Below are positions 13,100 through 24,810 of a DNA stretch of 64,000 nt, in pieces. Each line of letters opens with the position of its first letter. The first letter of the stretch is position 1. A model generated the notes under the pieces. It had not been told where the DNA came from. It did no database searches and saw only the letters and a list, made by a program, of their open reading frames with translations. Made by a program: the position numbers and the translations under genes. The DNA is from Geosiphon pyriformis uo1. Lineage: Eukaryota > Fungi > Glomeromycota. The DNA is taken from positions 1-64,000 of the forward strand of contig JAAOMT010000046.1 of assembly GCA_016748015.1 (NCBI GenBank), read 5' to 3'.

Positions 13100-13780
13100 T
13101 TTATTATTTTTTAAAAAAAAATAGCAACTAAGATATTTATAAAACTGATTTTATATATTGAATATTTATTATTTCAATTCACTCATTAAAATTAAATTAT
13201 TTTTTTATTATTTTTATTACTATATAATACTATTTTTTATATTCAACTGTAACAATATATAAAAACTGCTACTTTTGTGGTTTTTTTATTAGTGAGATTA
13301 ATTTTGTAATTAGTTTTAGATTGGCTTTTTTGAAATTTAAACTGATTAAGTTAATATTGCTAATCAAGTTTATTATTGAACCGATTAATTTTTTAGTTCT
13401 TTTGATTACAAAGTTTGTTAGCACTTTTTTTTTTTGAATGTTAAGATAAAAAAAAATTTTGCAATTGAAAAAAATGTTGGTATTTTTAGAAAAATAATTA
13501 ATAATTTAAGCAATAAAGTTGTTAAACTTATGGTAAAATATAATGTAGATAGTGTAATTAATAATAATATGTTTGACAGCAACCAAATTCTTCTGTTAAT
13601 AAGAAAAAATTTGCTAAAATAATAATATTTTGGAAGATGTAGGCTCTTAATATGTAGCTTTAGCATAATGTGTTTTTGATTGGTTCGAGTGGCTGGTCAC
13701 GTGTAGAAAGCGCATGAGCCATACTATTTTAGAGTATTTTATTTACTGTATAATAGTAGGTCCCACTCGTTAAAAAAAAA
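13100..13780 (+). mobile_element. Decayed non-autonomous LINE derivative (ORF1-like relic, conserved 3' tail, poly-A)
   Basis: 3' motif TGGTTCGAGTGGCTGGTCACGTGTAGAAAGCGCATGAGCCA (13681-13721) and A9 tail (13772-13780). Upstream relic 'RLAF..KLIKLILLIKFIIEPINFLV' resembles the ORF1 coiled-coil region of the LINEs at 54.7 and 61.9 kb. 5' end approximate. Confidence 0.55.
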
Positions 13781-14089
13781 TCAAGTTCTTTTAAAATATT
13801 TTATTCATTTAATTAATATTTTTTTTAAATAAATTATTTTAAAATATATAATAAATGATAAATTAAAATTAACCAATAATAAAAATCCTAACTATTAAAA
13901 TAGTCAAATCAAAAAATTTACTAAAAAACTCTTGACTTGTACACTTTTATCAAAAATTAGCAAAATAATTTATTAAATTTGAATTAAAATTTTTATTTAA
14001 CTAAATATATATATGAAAGCTTTGCACAAGAAAATTGTAGAACAACAGCTGGAATTTGATAAATTTGATAAATTCAAAAAGCACATTTA

Positions 14090-14530
14090 AGATTGTAAGT
14101 ATGAACTTTTCTTTTGTTAATATTATTGTTATTTATTAACATGATTAGTGTGAAAAACTTAAGCTGAGAAAATTTAAACAGAACCAAAAGTTTGTCTATA
14201 TAAACGCTTTTAAAAATAGGCTATATTGTTTTGCTATCATTGGAATAGTAATCTATGGGTTCTTGTAGTAACCAACTCGATAACTTGATCAAGATGTGTA
14301 AGTTCCAGTTTCTAGTGTATAACTTCTTAAACTTAAAATTATCAAAGATAGCTTATTATAAGAAAATTATAGCAAAGTAAGTGTATAGGCTTTCTAAATT
14401 AAATTTTTAACTTTGAATTTCTATAGCGTTTTATAGTATCTTAACTGCATCTCACTTTTGAATTATTATTATTGGTTTTTAATCAGTTTTTTAAAAAAAT
14501 TTTACTTTTTTAAATTTTCCTAAAAGATAA
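14090..14530 (+). repeat. Unclassified dispersed repeat, copy 1
   Basis: ATCAAAGATAG..AAGAAAA..CAAAGT.AGT..ATAGGCTTTCTAAATT..ATCTTAA.TGC and GCTGAGAAAA blocks are shared with 41240-42000. Confidence 0.5.
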
Positions 14531-16823
14531 AGAATATCTTTAAAAGTAAACTATTAATGAATGAAGATTTTTAATAACTTATTATTTTATTTTCGAATTA
14601 ACATTATTCACGAGTATTAATAATTTTTAAGAAATCTATAATAAAATTTTGAATTTTCTAAAAGTGAAAAGAGATTAGAAATAATAAATCTTGAGAAATA
14701 GCTAGTAATAAGTATTTATTAGATAGAAATGAAAAACCTTTATAAAAGGTATTAATGTTTGATTACAAAATTTAAGTGTTGTATATTTTTAACACCGTAT
14801 TTCTCCAATTCATTGTGAAATCCTTTCAAAGGTTTATAAAACTAGATATTGAAATTTATTTATTTATTTAACCGGCTTAACCGTTAGAAAGGATTAGATT
14901 TTATAAAATATTTTCATATATCTTTAGTTAATCTAGTTTCGGCGGATACCTAGTCAAAATAGGGAGCCCGCTCTTTAAAAAATGCATTCTATTTAAAAAG
15001 AATCCCTCTTTCAAAGTTCTTAGTAATTAATTTTGCCGAGCATTAAAATATTTATTCTACTCTTTAGTATTACATATAGATTAATTATGCTTCATTATAA
15101 TGGTTCATGGTGATTCGCACTTATAAAAGTTACTATAACATACGCAATTAATTTAGATCTTGGATTGAGTTAACCCACAAACTCAGAAATAAAACCAGGA
15201 TAAAATAATATTTATTGCTGCGCTCATCGAAAAGTGTCATAATCCCAATCTATTGAATAGCCTTAAAGCTAGATGTATAATAAAAAGCCTAAAATTGAGA
15301 GCTACAGTTTAATTGATAAGAAAAATACTAAAAAACCGACAAAATATTGAATATATCCAGGTAGAGTATATCTAAGTTGCATCTCAAGTTTGCAGAAAAG
15401 GGAATCAATTTTTTGAATTAGTTAATATGTTAATTTAATTTTACTTTTCAACAAATTTAGTGTATTAAAAAGTTAAAAAAAATTTCATGGTGTTATTTAA
15501 TGCTTATTTGCTATCTATCATAGTTATTTTAAATTTATATAATAAAAAATAAATTAGTTGAAAATTTAATTTTGATACAACTTCTTTTTAAAAATGCTTT
15601 TAATCTTCCTTTTTATGAATATTTAATAATAAAATTAAGTCTAAAATCAAAAGAAGATTTAGACCTAAGTTTATTGATAAAAATTAAAATTAAATCCTTA
15701 TTGTGAAGATGTACAAAGTTTATCAATTTTAAATATTATTTTCTAAAAAAACTTAACCAATTTTTGTATTAAGTTATTAAATTTTAAATTGTCTTGCTTA
15801 ATCTTTTATTAAATATAATAATAAGTTTATTAATTTTTGAAAAAATTTATTTTGTAAAAAAATTATGACTTGATTATTTTTCCAAATCAGTTATTTTGAT
15901 TTCGTTAAATTCAAGACTTAATAATACAATAAATAGAATAAATGAAATATTTTCTTAAAATAGTAAAAGAAAAGTGCTTTTGTTTTTTGTTTATTTTAAA
16001 TAACTGGTTTTTTCCTTAATTTCTACTTTTTTATTGTTAAATTAGTTTAATTTGGACATTTAAAAGTTGTGGGAATTTTATAATGTTTATAAACTTTTTG
16101 TACTATTAAAAAAGTTAAAAAATGGTTTGTTTGATTTTTTAATTTATTAAATTTTTTTTTAAATAAATGTTTCTAAAAAGATTCTTGAATATTTAGATGA
16201 TGCATTAAACTGTTAATGTTGTTAATTATCGGATGTTTTTTAAATAAGCATTTTTGTTGTGAATTTCATTTTTTCGTCATTTATTCTTTTTAATTTCTCA
16301 TAAGTACTGTTATTCTGAGTTAACTTGTAATAATTTAAAAAATTTACAGGTTGTTTATGTATTTTATAAAATAATTCACTGTGTTTTATACAAAATCTTA
16401 TTTTATTTATTTATTTGAATTGAAATCTACTAAATAGACTTGAAATTCTAAAAAAGCTATCACTAAAATATCTAAAAAATACTTTCACATAGAATATAAA
16501 TTTAGCTAAAAATAATTTTTGTGACGGTTATTTTATATTTTTCTGAAGGTTAAAATTTATAAATAAAACAATCTTTTTTAGGGTTTTTACCAAAAGATAT
16601 TAATCATTGAAAATCTTGCATATTTTATTTTTGCAAAAAGTACAGCTTTAGAACTATAATTTTGAAATACTAAACTGCGTTATCAAAAAAAATGTTTATA
16701 ATTATTAATTTATCTTATATATCCATCGTCCGAAAAAAATACAGTTATAATCCTAAATATAGATGATGAAGTTTTCCAAAATTCATTTCTTATGCGGTTT
16801 TTGAAAAAATAATTTTTAAAATA

Positions 16824-18076
16824 TCACTCTTCGCGAATAGATTCTATTATGCTTTCTCGATTCCACATATAAGCTGTTGTAATTTTAAAGTATAGATAGC
16901 AAATTATTTACTTTTTAAAAAAATATCAAAAAGATTAGAGTTTCTTCATACTATACCTATATCTAATGCTGTTCTCCCATGCCTATCCCTAATATCTTTT
17001 CGAGCCTTATATTGGTTAACTAATAATGCAAATATCTTCTCGTGTCCCTCTTTAGCTGCAAAATGTAAAGGTGTCCACAAGTCCCATGCATCTCTAGCAT
17101 CGACATCGACATCAACATCAGCATCAATCTCAATTTCAATCTTTAAATTTCTATCCGCTTTCTTTTTTCTCTTCTCTTTGCTTATTAATAAAAATTTGAT
17201 AACCTCTGCATTTCCGGTCATGGCAGAATGATGTATCGCCTGTCTTCCCAATTTATCCTTTGCATTTAGATCAATTTTATAATCTTCTAAAAGCGTTTTA
17301 ATGAGCCGTAAATTTCCAGATATCACAGCATTCTGAAAAAGGTTAATTCCAGAATTATCAGATGTCGTTAAAAGGATGTCCAAATGTGCAGTGTTATAAA
17401 AAGGAAGATTAGAATTTGAGAAATATTCTAGGAAAAATAGAACAATATCGACATGATTATAGAGTGCAGCAGTATGTATTGGTAATCGGCCTGAATTACT
17501 TGGTGTAAATACAGTTTCCGGCGAGAGTAATGTAAGGTATTTCACAAGAGCTANNNNNNNNNNNNNNNNNNNNNNNNNNNNNNNNNNNNNNNNNNNNNNN
17601 NNNNNNNNNNNNNNNNNNNNNNNNNNNNNNNNNNNNNNNNNNNNNNNNNNNNNNNNNNNNNNNNNNNNNNNNNNNNNNNNNNNNNNNNNNNNNNNNNNNN
17701 NNNNNNNNNNNNNNNNNNNNNNNNNNNNNNNNNNNNNNNNNNNNNNNNNNNNNNNNNNNNNNNNNNNNNNNNNNNNNNNNNNNNNNNNNNNNNNNNNNNN
17801 NNNNNNNNNNNNNNNNNNNNNNNNNNNNNNNNNNNNNNNNNNNNNNNNNNNNNNNNNNNNNNNNNNNNNNNNNNNNNNNNNNNNNNNNNNNNNNNNNNNN
17901 NNNNNNNNNNNNNNNNNNNNNNNNNNNNNNNNNNNNNNNNNNNNNNNNNNNNNNNNNNNNNNNNNNNNNNTAGATGTTAAAATTTGAAGAATTTTTGTGG
18001 GATTATTAGTTTGAATAAAGTATAATAAAGAGGTTTTGCAATGTGTTTCTAGAGGTGAAGTTTGATCTTCCTTCAT
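16824..18076 (-). CDS. ANKRD16: ANKRD16-like ankyrin-repeat protein, apparently intact copy (middle exons hidden by the N gap)
   Basis: Same start as the left copy. Exon 4 is open through DLWTPLHFAAKEGH..GRTALDI. Final small exon ends in TGA at 16826-16824. Confidence 0.75.
17554..17970. other. Assembly gap (417 N)
   Basis: Run of N. The equivalent interval in the left paralog (~8149-8813) is ~665 bp, so the gap is probably under-sized. Confidence 0.97.
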
Positions 18077-18754
18077 TCTAAGGTAGAACTTTCAGATTAT
18101 AATGCAAAATATGGTATGAGTAAAAGAGGCAAAAAACCTTAAATCGGAGACTGTATAGTGTAGTTAGTAAATGATAAATTAGTGATAAGTAAGAGATGAT
18201 CATGATAATCATGATAATCATGCAATGTGGGAGGTTTGTTTACTAAATTAGCGAGATTAAGGCCAACCTCACAGTTATTGAAATTAAGGATAATATCTGG
18301 CGATTGAAATAACGCGAAAAATAGTATAATTAATTTGATAATAGGGGCAAACGTTTACTCGGATCAATACCAAATCCCAAATCCCAGAGAACTTTGTATT
18401 AAAGAATTAAACAACAAATTATAAAAATTGTGAAACGAGTAATTGAGGATGAGTTATAAAATTTAAATTTAATTTTTTTTTGAATTAAAAGTGAATGATC
18501 TAAAAAGTCATTTTAAATAGACACAAAATATAAACACGCTCAAAGCTATGTTATTTTCTAAAATATATTAAAAAGATTATTCATTTTTTGACATTCCTTC
18601 TTTCTGTTTTAAGTTTTAATTAGAAGCAAGATCTTATTGGTCCTAACCAGTAATACTCAAAGTTTCAGGTTATAGGGAAGGTTTTTGATATAAAAATTAG
18701 TTAAGGCAAATTGTCTTAGGAAGGAAAGCGCGGCACTCATATATTCGATTAAAC

Positions 18755-19117
18755 CCTCCCACCCAGGGTTCAAACCCTGTGTGGGGCAAATCAAATATAG
18801 ATTATCTGTCCGGGAAGACATAAAACTATCCGTCGATGGAAAATGACGTTAAGTAACCCATCTGATAAGATGTAAATCTACCCATCTGATATGATGTAAA
18901 TCTTCCATCCGAAATGATGTAAAACTATGTTTTTTTTTCATCCAGTATGACGTAACCCATCCGCAACGATGTGAAGACTATCCGGCGACATTAAATAAAC
19001 CCATCCGAAATGATGTAAATCTATTCGTCAAAGGAAAATGTTTTTTTTATGGCCTAGTGAAAATAATATGTTTAGTAAATAAACTAGCTAAAGAACAAAA
19101 AAATATAGAGTATTTAA
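18755..19117 (+). repeat. SINE-like repeat, copy 2 (part of the duplication arm)
   Basis: CAGGGTTCAAACCCTG (B-box consensus GGTTCRANNCC at 18767-18777), followed by CCATC..GATGTAAA units. Confidence 0.5.
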
Positions 19118-19713
19118 TCCCCCAAGAGTAGTTCCATAGGATGTTAAAATAGGAATCGATAATAAAAAACTTTTAATTTATTTGTGATTGATATTTTAAA
19201 TGGTAAAAAGCTAGTTCTCTCTCATTATTCTATAATTTATTAGTAAATAATTAAAGATAGCTTTCAAAATATGAACTTTGGATTGTTTTTTTATTAGTAA
19301 TACTTTTTTTATAAGCAATTATTTTTTAGAACGAAAACTAGTAATCGTTTCGCAAAGAATTCTTTGATTGAAAATGCGTTTCTTTTTACGAAAATCATAG
19401 CAATAGTTTATTATAAACAAAAAGTATATATTTATTCATCTAATTAGTAGTTATAAAATAACTTTTATTTGATTTCTATTTAAGTCATTAAAAAATTCAC
19501 AACTCTTCAAAAACACCAAATAATCTATTTCTTATTAGAAATAAGATCAGCAAACATTTATTTAAAGATTTAAAAGAAAATTCTCTTAAATTCTTTGTAT
19601 AGCTATTAGAAAATTTAATTATTTTAAAAGAAATTAGTCAAAGCTATTATTATATAAAAGGCAAGCTTATAAAGTTTTAAATTAAAAAAAAAAGAACACC
19701 AACTTGAAAAAAC

Positions 19714-19851
<138 letters not shown>

Positions 19852-21528
19852 GATTTTGTGTTCATAATTTCTTTTTTTAAATCAAAAAAGATTAATTTAT
19901 ATCAATCATTCATTATTTTAATGTATTTTAGCAAAAATAATTTAAATAAGAAATGTTTTAGAAAAAATTAATAATTTCTATTGTATTTATTAAATTCCAA
20001 GTTATTAATAAAATTAATTTAATATTCTGTTTTAACAAAACATATACATTTATATATTATAGATTTTTTTAATTTTAAATTCAAAAAAAAAACTATTTAT
20101 TTATTCTATTTAATTTTTGTATAATTATAAGCAAATTTATTATTTAATATAATATATAGATATATATTTTTGAATAAAAATATTATAATATTAAAAAATT
20201 ATAAAAAGTAAACAAATTTAATATTTTATTTGTTAAAAAAAACTTAATATATTAATTATTTTAAAATATTTACATATAAATTTTCTTTAATGAAAATTAT
20301 ATTGCAGTAATAGATTAATAAAGCCAAATAACATCATAATAATATTTATTATAATATACAACATTATATTTTTATTGATACTTATTCTTAGCTTTTATTA
20401 TTTTTTGTGTTCTTTTTATTAGATTCTTATGCTTAATTTGACAAATTAAGTACATTTATCTTATAACTGTAATAATAAAATAAGATAAATATTATATAGC
20501 AAAAGACAATATCTACTTATATAATATAGCACAAAAGTATTTTGACTTCATAACTTGATATATAAGTAATTAAGAATTTTTTTTATTTAAAATTTTGACA
20601 GACTAAAACAATTTTTTCATCCAAAAAACTGCAAACTTTTAATATTGATTAATTGGTTTTTTCTATTTTTTAATTCAATAAATGGCTATAAACTTATTAG
20701 AATAAATATACTTTGCTATATTTTTAGTTCAAGTTATAGATTTTTGAGATGTTTATTTTAAAAAAAATAATGTAAAAAATAAAACTTAATAATTATAAAA
20801 TATCTTATATAGAAATCTATTAATCTATAAAAAGTATTAATAATTAGTATTTATATTGTTTTTTGTCTTTAAAAAATCTTTGGAGTTAGATACTTTTATG
20901 ATGCATTAATAATTACACTATTGTTAATAACTAAACTATTTCTTTTTAAAAAATATTATCTTTTTAATAAATTTGTAATCAGCTTTTATAAATTGTATAA
21001 AATTTTTGGCTAAATTGTTTTCAAATATAATAAGTTGTCAAAACAGACAGTTATGACTTATAAATAAAATACAAAAGATAAATTGTCTATCTCTTTAAAA
21101 GATAAAAGATTTTGCTATATTTCAGTCAAAAAATAATAACTTATTAAAAAAAAAGATACTAAATTAATATTTGTACTATAATTTTTGGCTTTATTAGTAT
21201 TTAGATCTAAAAACTATTTTTTTTTAAAACTCAATTTATATTTTTTAAAATTCAGATTTGTTTAGTTTTTAAATTTCAATCATTATATTTTAATTATAAA
21301 TTTAAGTCAAATCATATTTAAAAAAAATACAGTATATAAAAGATTTCTATTATATAATATATTTATGTATTAATATCTATATTTTAAACATAATTTTTGT
21401 TAAATATCATATAAACCAAATATTTTTTAGCTTTAATTATGAAAAAAGTAAAAGATTTATACTTTTTTTTAAAGACTATAAACAAAAAATAATTCAATTT
21501 TTTACTGAATAAATTAATTATTTATATA

Positions 21529-24206
21529 TGTTATAAATTAGAACAGAATTTAAATTGATTTGAAATTAACTTAAGTTGAATTTTTAATTTAATTTAAGTT
21601 AATTCAAAATCTTTAATTTAATACTGTATTAATTCTGAATCAATTTAACCAATTACATTATTTGATTAATTTGTCAATAAAAAGTTTTTTTTTTATTAGC
21701 CAATCAAAAAAATCAAAGATTTGATATTTAATGTATTTTTTTATTATTATCTTTAATAATTTTAATTATTTGTATTAATTTTTCCAAATATTGCTATTGC
21801 CACTATACTATATAAAATTTCGTTTTTTTTACAATTATGATGATTAGTTCTATAGCTTTTTTTATAATTGTATTGATAATTTGTCTTTTTTTTTTCTTTT
21901 TTCTTTCGATTTTGGCATAAGACTGCTTCATATAAAGAAATAAAAGTGTTTGGTATTTTTCATAATTCTGAAAAATCAGTAATTTTAATAGATATTAACT
22001 TTATTGTATAGTAAAAATATTTTAATATTTCTGATTTGTATCTCAGTTTACATAATATTTTATTAATAGTTCTAATCACTTTGCAAATAAAAAACTTTTT
22101 ATTAGTACTTGAACAATCAATCTTTGGAATCTCAATTTACATAAAATCTTTAATCTTATAAGATATTTTCTATTTTGTATTTTTATACAGTATTACTTTG
22201 GTATTATTAACTTATTAGTCATAAGCAATTTAGTGTATTTTATAATAATCAATAAATAAATTAGTAATATTGTATAACATATTGTTTTGGTTATCATTAT
22301 CTTATTAAAAAATATAAAATTAATACAGAATAATATTAAAAAGTACAAATAATAAAAAACATTATTTTATCTTATGAAATTATAATAGAAGAAACATAAG
22401 AATTATTAAAGTAAGTATTAATATTTTTTAAAAATTGTTTGGTTTTTTTACTTATGGCTTAATTTTTTTTAATATTTTCTTAATATTTTTTTAATATTAT
22501 TTACTATATTATATTATTGTTATTAATTTAGTAATTATTACTATTGCTTTCAGTTATTTTGTTGTAATTATTGGACATTTTGCTGTTATTGCTGATTATT
22601 TTTTTACTTATTATTTTGTTATTGTTGTTGGTTATTCTGTTGCTAGATATTTTGTTGTTGTTGCTAGTTATTCTGTTGCTTTTTATTTTGTTTCTGCTGC
22701 TAATTATTTTACTGCTGCTGTTGGTTATTTTGTTCCTTATTATCTTGCTGCTTTTATTATTACTGGTTATCTTGTTATTGATTATTTTGTTACTGTTTTG
22801 CTGCTATTACTAGTTATCTTATTGCTGTAATTTGTTTTGCTGTTAATTATTATTACTTTTGATTTTTTGTTGAATTGGCTTTTTATCAAACACTATTTGA
22901 TAAGATAAAAAGCCAGTAATTACAGAAACTTTTGTATTTATTATATTTAAATATAAAAATAAATTAAATAATTTAACTAATATAAAAATAATGTTTTTTA
23001 TCTGTTATTCTATATAAATTATATAATTAATTATTAGTTCTTTTATTTTCTATCTATTTTAAAAGTTTTTGTTAAAATACATTATTTGTTTGTTTAATTA
23101 ATTCTTAGAATTAAAGATATCTTGGATATCTATTTATAATATAAATAATTGATCATATTTTTGTTAATTTTCTGATTATATTAGTTGTAAACTCTTTTAT
23201 ATTATTAGTCCTAGGTCGCGTTTGGATTTCACTCGTTAAACGTAATAAAAAAAATATTATTAGTTTGAAGGATAATTGAAGATTCAAATATGGTAAAAAG
23301 TTGAAAAAAAAAGCTTGTTATTTCTTTTGCTTCTTTAAAAAAAAGAGCCATAATCCAAAAAAAAAATTTAAAATAATCTTGAACATAACAGATATATTTG
23401 TAAAAATTATTTAATTAATTGTATATATTAATCAAGTCTACTTGTAAATAATACAATGTTTTTTACTAAAATTAAATTTATAGTTATTAATTAAACTAAA
23501 GATTATTGTATAATATATTTAATATAATAAGAACAAAACTGTTTTACTAAATTTTTAAGTATTTAAGCATATTTATTTTTAATCTATAAATTAAAAATTA
23601 TTAGTATTTATTTATATAAAAAATTAAATTAATATTATATATTGTATTATAAGTTTTGCTTATTTTTCCATGTCCTATTTTTAAATAAAATTTACATAGT
23701 TTTTTATATAATTTTTCTTTTGAACAGACTGGTTTTTTTGTTTTTTTAAGATAAAATATATTTTGTCTTTTAATTTGTGCAATATAAAAGGTAATATATA
23801 TTTAATATTTCAATTTAGAATTAAATTTTTCTCTTTTAAGGGTATTTTTTAATATTTTAATGTATTAATTTATGTAATCTTAAGAAAGCAAAGTTTTGGT
23901 TTGTCTTTTTTTACTTCTAATTAATAAATAACTTTTAAGAAGATCAGAAAATGTTTCTTGAATAAACTATCAATGATAAATGGTGTTGAAAAGCCATAAA
24001 AAAACGTCTCAAATATCAAAACTTTGATTTTTTTGATTGGTTAATGAGAGAAAAACTTTTTACTGGCCAATTAACCAAATAATGTGATTGGTTGAGTTGA
24101 TTCCAAATCAATACAGTGTTGAATTAATGATTCCGAATTAACTCAAGTTGAATTAGAATTCCAAGTTGATTCCGAATCAACTCAAATCCTGTTCCAACTC
24201 ATGACA
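21529..24206 (-). mobile_element. Second Ginger-family transposon copy, heavily C>T/G>A mutated
   Basis: Right end ...GTTCCAACTCATGACA is intact; left end TGTTATAAATTAGAAC is the eroded version; TSD TATA (21525-21528, 24207-24210). The body aligns in reverse to copy 1, including the Q-repeat at ~22570-22850. Confidence 0.88.
23210..23253 (+). mobile_element. 44-bp 5'-truncated retroposed LINE 3' end with TSD
   Basis: CCTAGGTCGCGTTTGGATTTCACTCGTTAAACGTAATAAAAAAA flanked by the 11-bp direct repeat ATATTATTAGT (23199-23209, 23254-23264). Resembles the LINE end at 61453-61491 and is absent from Ginger copy 1. Confidence 0.75.
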
Positions 24207-24810
24207 TATACAATCAACGTGAACATGAACAATTAACATTAACATTAACACTAACATAAAGATTATTAACAACAGTAATCCCCGTTTGTCAAAATTCATA
24301 GATCCTGGGAGTTATCCCAATCAAGATTTAACTCAGGATCGGTTTTAGTGAATCGACAGGGGTGAGATCAGAGGAACAAAAGTTCCGTAGTAAAAATATA
24401 GACACTTGAATTTCGGGAATTCTACGTCGATCTTGATCAACTGTCCTTTTTTCCAATCGAGAAAACTACATGCAGATGCAGACACTTGAAATAATTGTTT
24501 CGTGAATCTTTGGGAACCATGTGAGAAAAGTAAAAGAATTTATTTTTCGATTTCAATCAACAGACCTAATGAAGGGTTTGAGATTTTTCAATTTTTTTTG
24601 CCATTTTTGGTCATCCGATAGTGTACAGCATTATTTGAATGGCAACTTTTTGAATCCAGTACCCAATCACTGATTAGTGTTGATTAACTGCTAATTCTTG
24701 CATTAAAACAGTTAACTGTCAATATTTGAAAGACTCATCTCCCAAAATTAGTCTTTCTGTCTGTCTAACTTTCTTGGCGCGTTATTCAATATCAAGTGCT
24801 GCACTACTCG

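Larger units (their letters stand above)
16037..19117 (-). repeat. Right arm of inverted segmental duplication
   Basis: Inverted match to 6972-10292. Confidence 0.92.

Noticed and set aside
16946-18076. 376-aa single ORF in the track
   Set aside because: Artefact of translating through Ns; the paralog shows three introns in that interval.
18761-18790. Functional tRNA gene
   Set aside because: Only a T-arm/B-box-like half; no D-arm, anticodon arm or matching 5' acceptor strand.
6972-19117. Giant transposon with 3.3-kb TIRs
   Set aside because: The arms contain an intron-bearing host gene with its promoter; no TSD or transposase seen; better explained as an inverted segmental duplication.
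19860-21500. Classifiable TE in the AT-rich block (likewise 39750-41200)
   Set aside because: Probably eroded TE DNA, but no motif or terminus could be read with confidence, and no transposase partner for the Fanzor was identifiable.
22571-22813. Leu/Ile-rich 'membrane peptide' ORF (also 3575-3841 and 3616-3834)
   Set aside because: Antisense reading of the Ginger Q-rich repeat.
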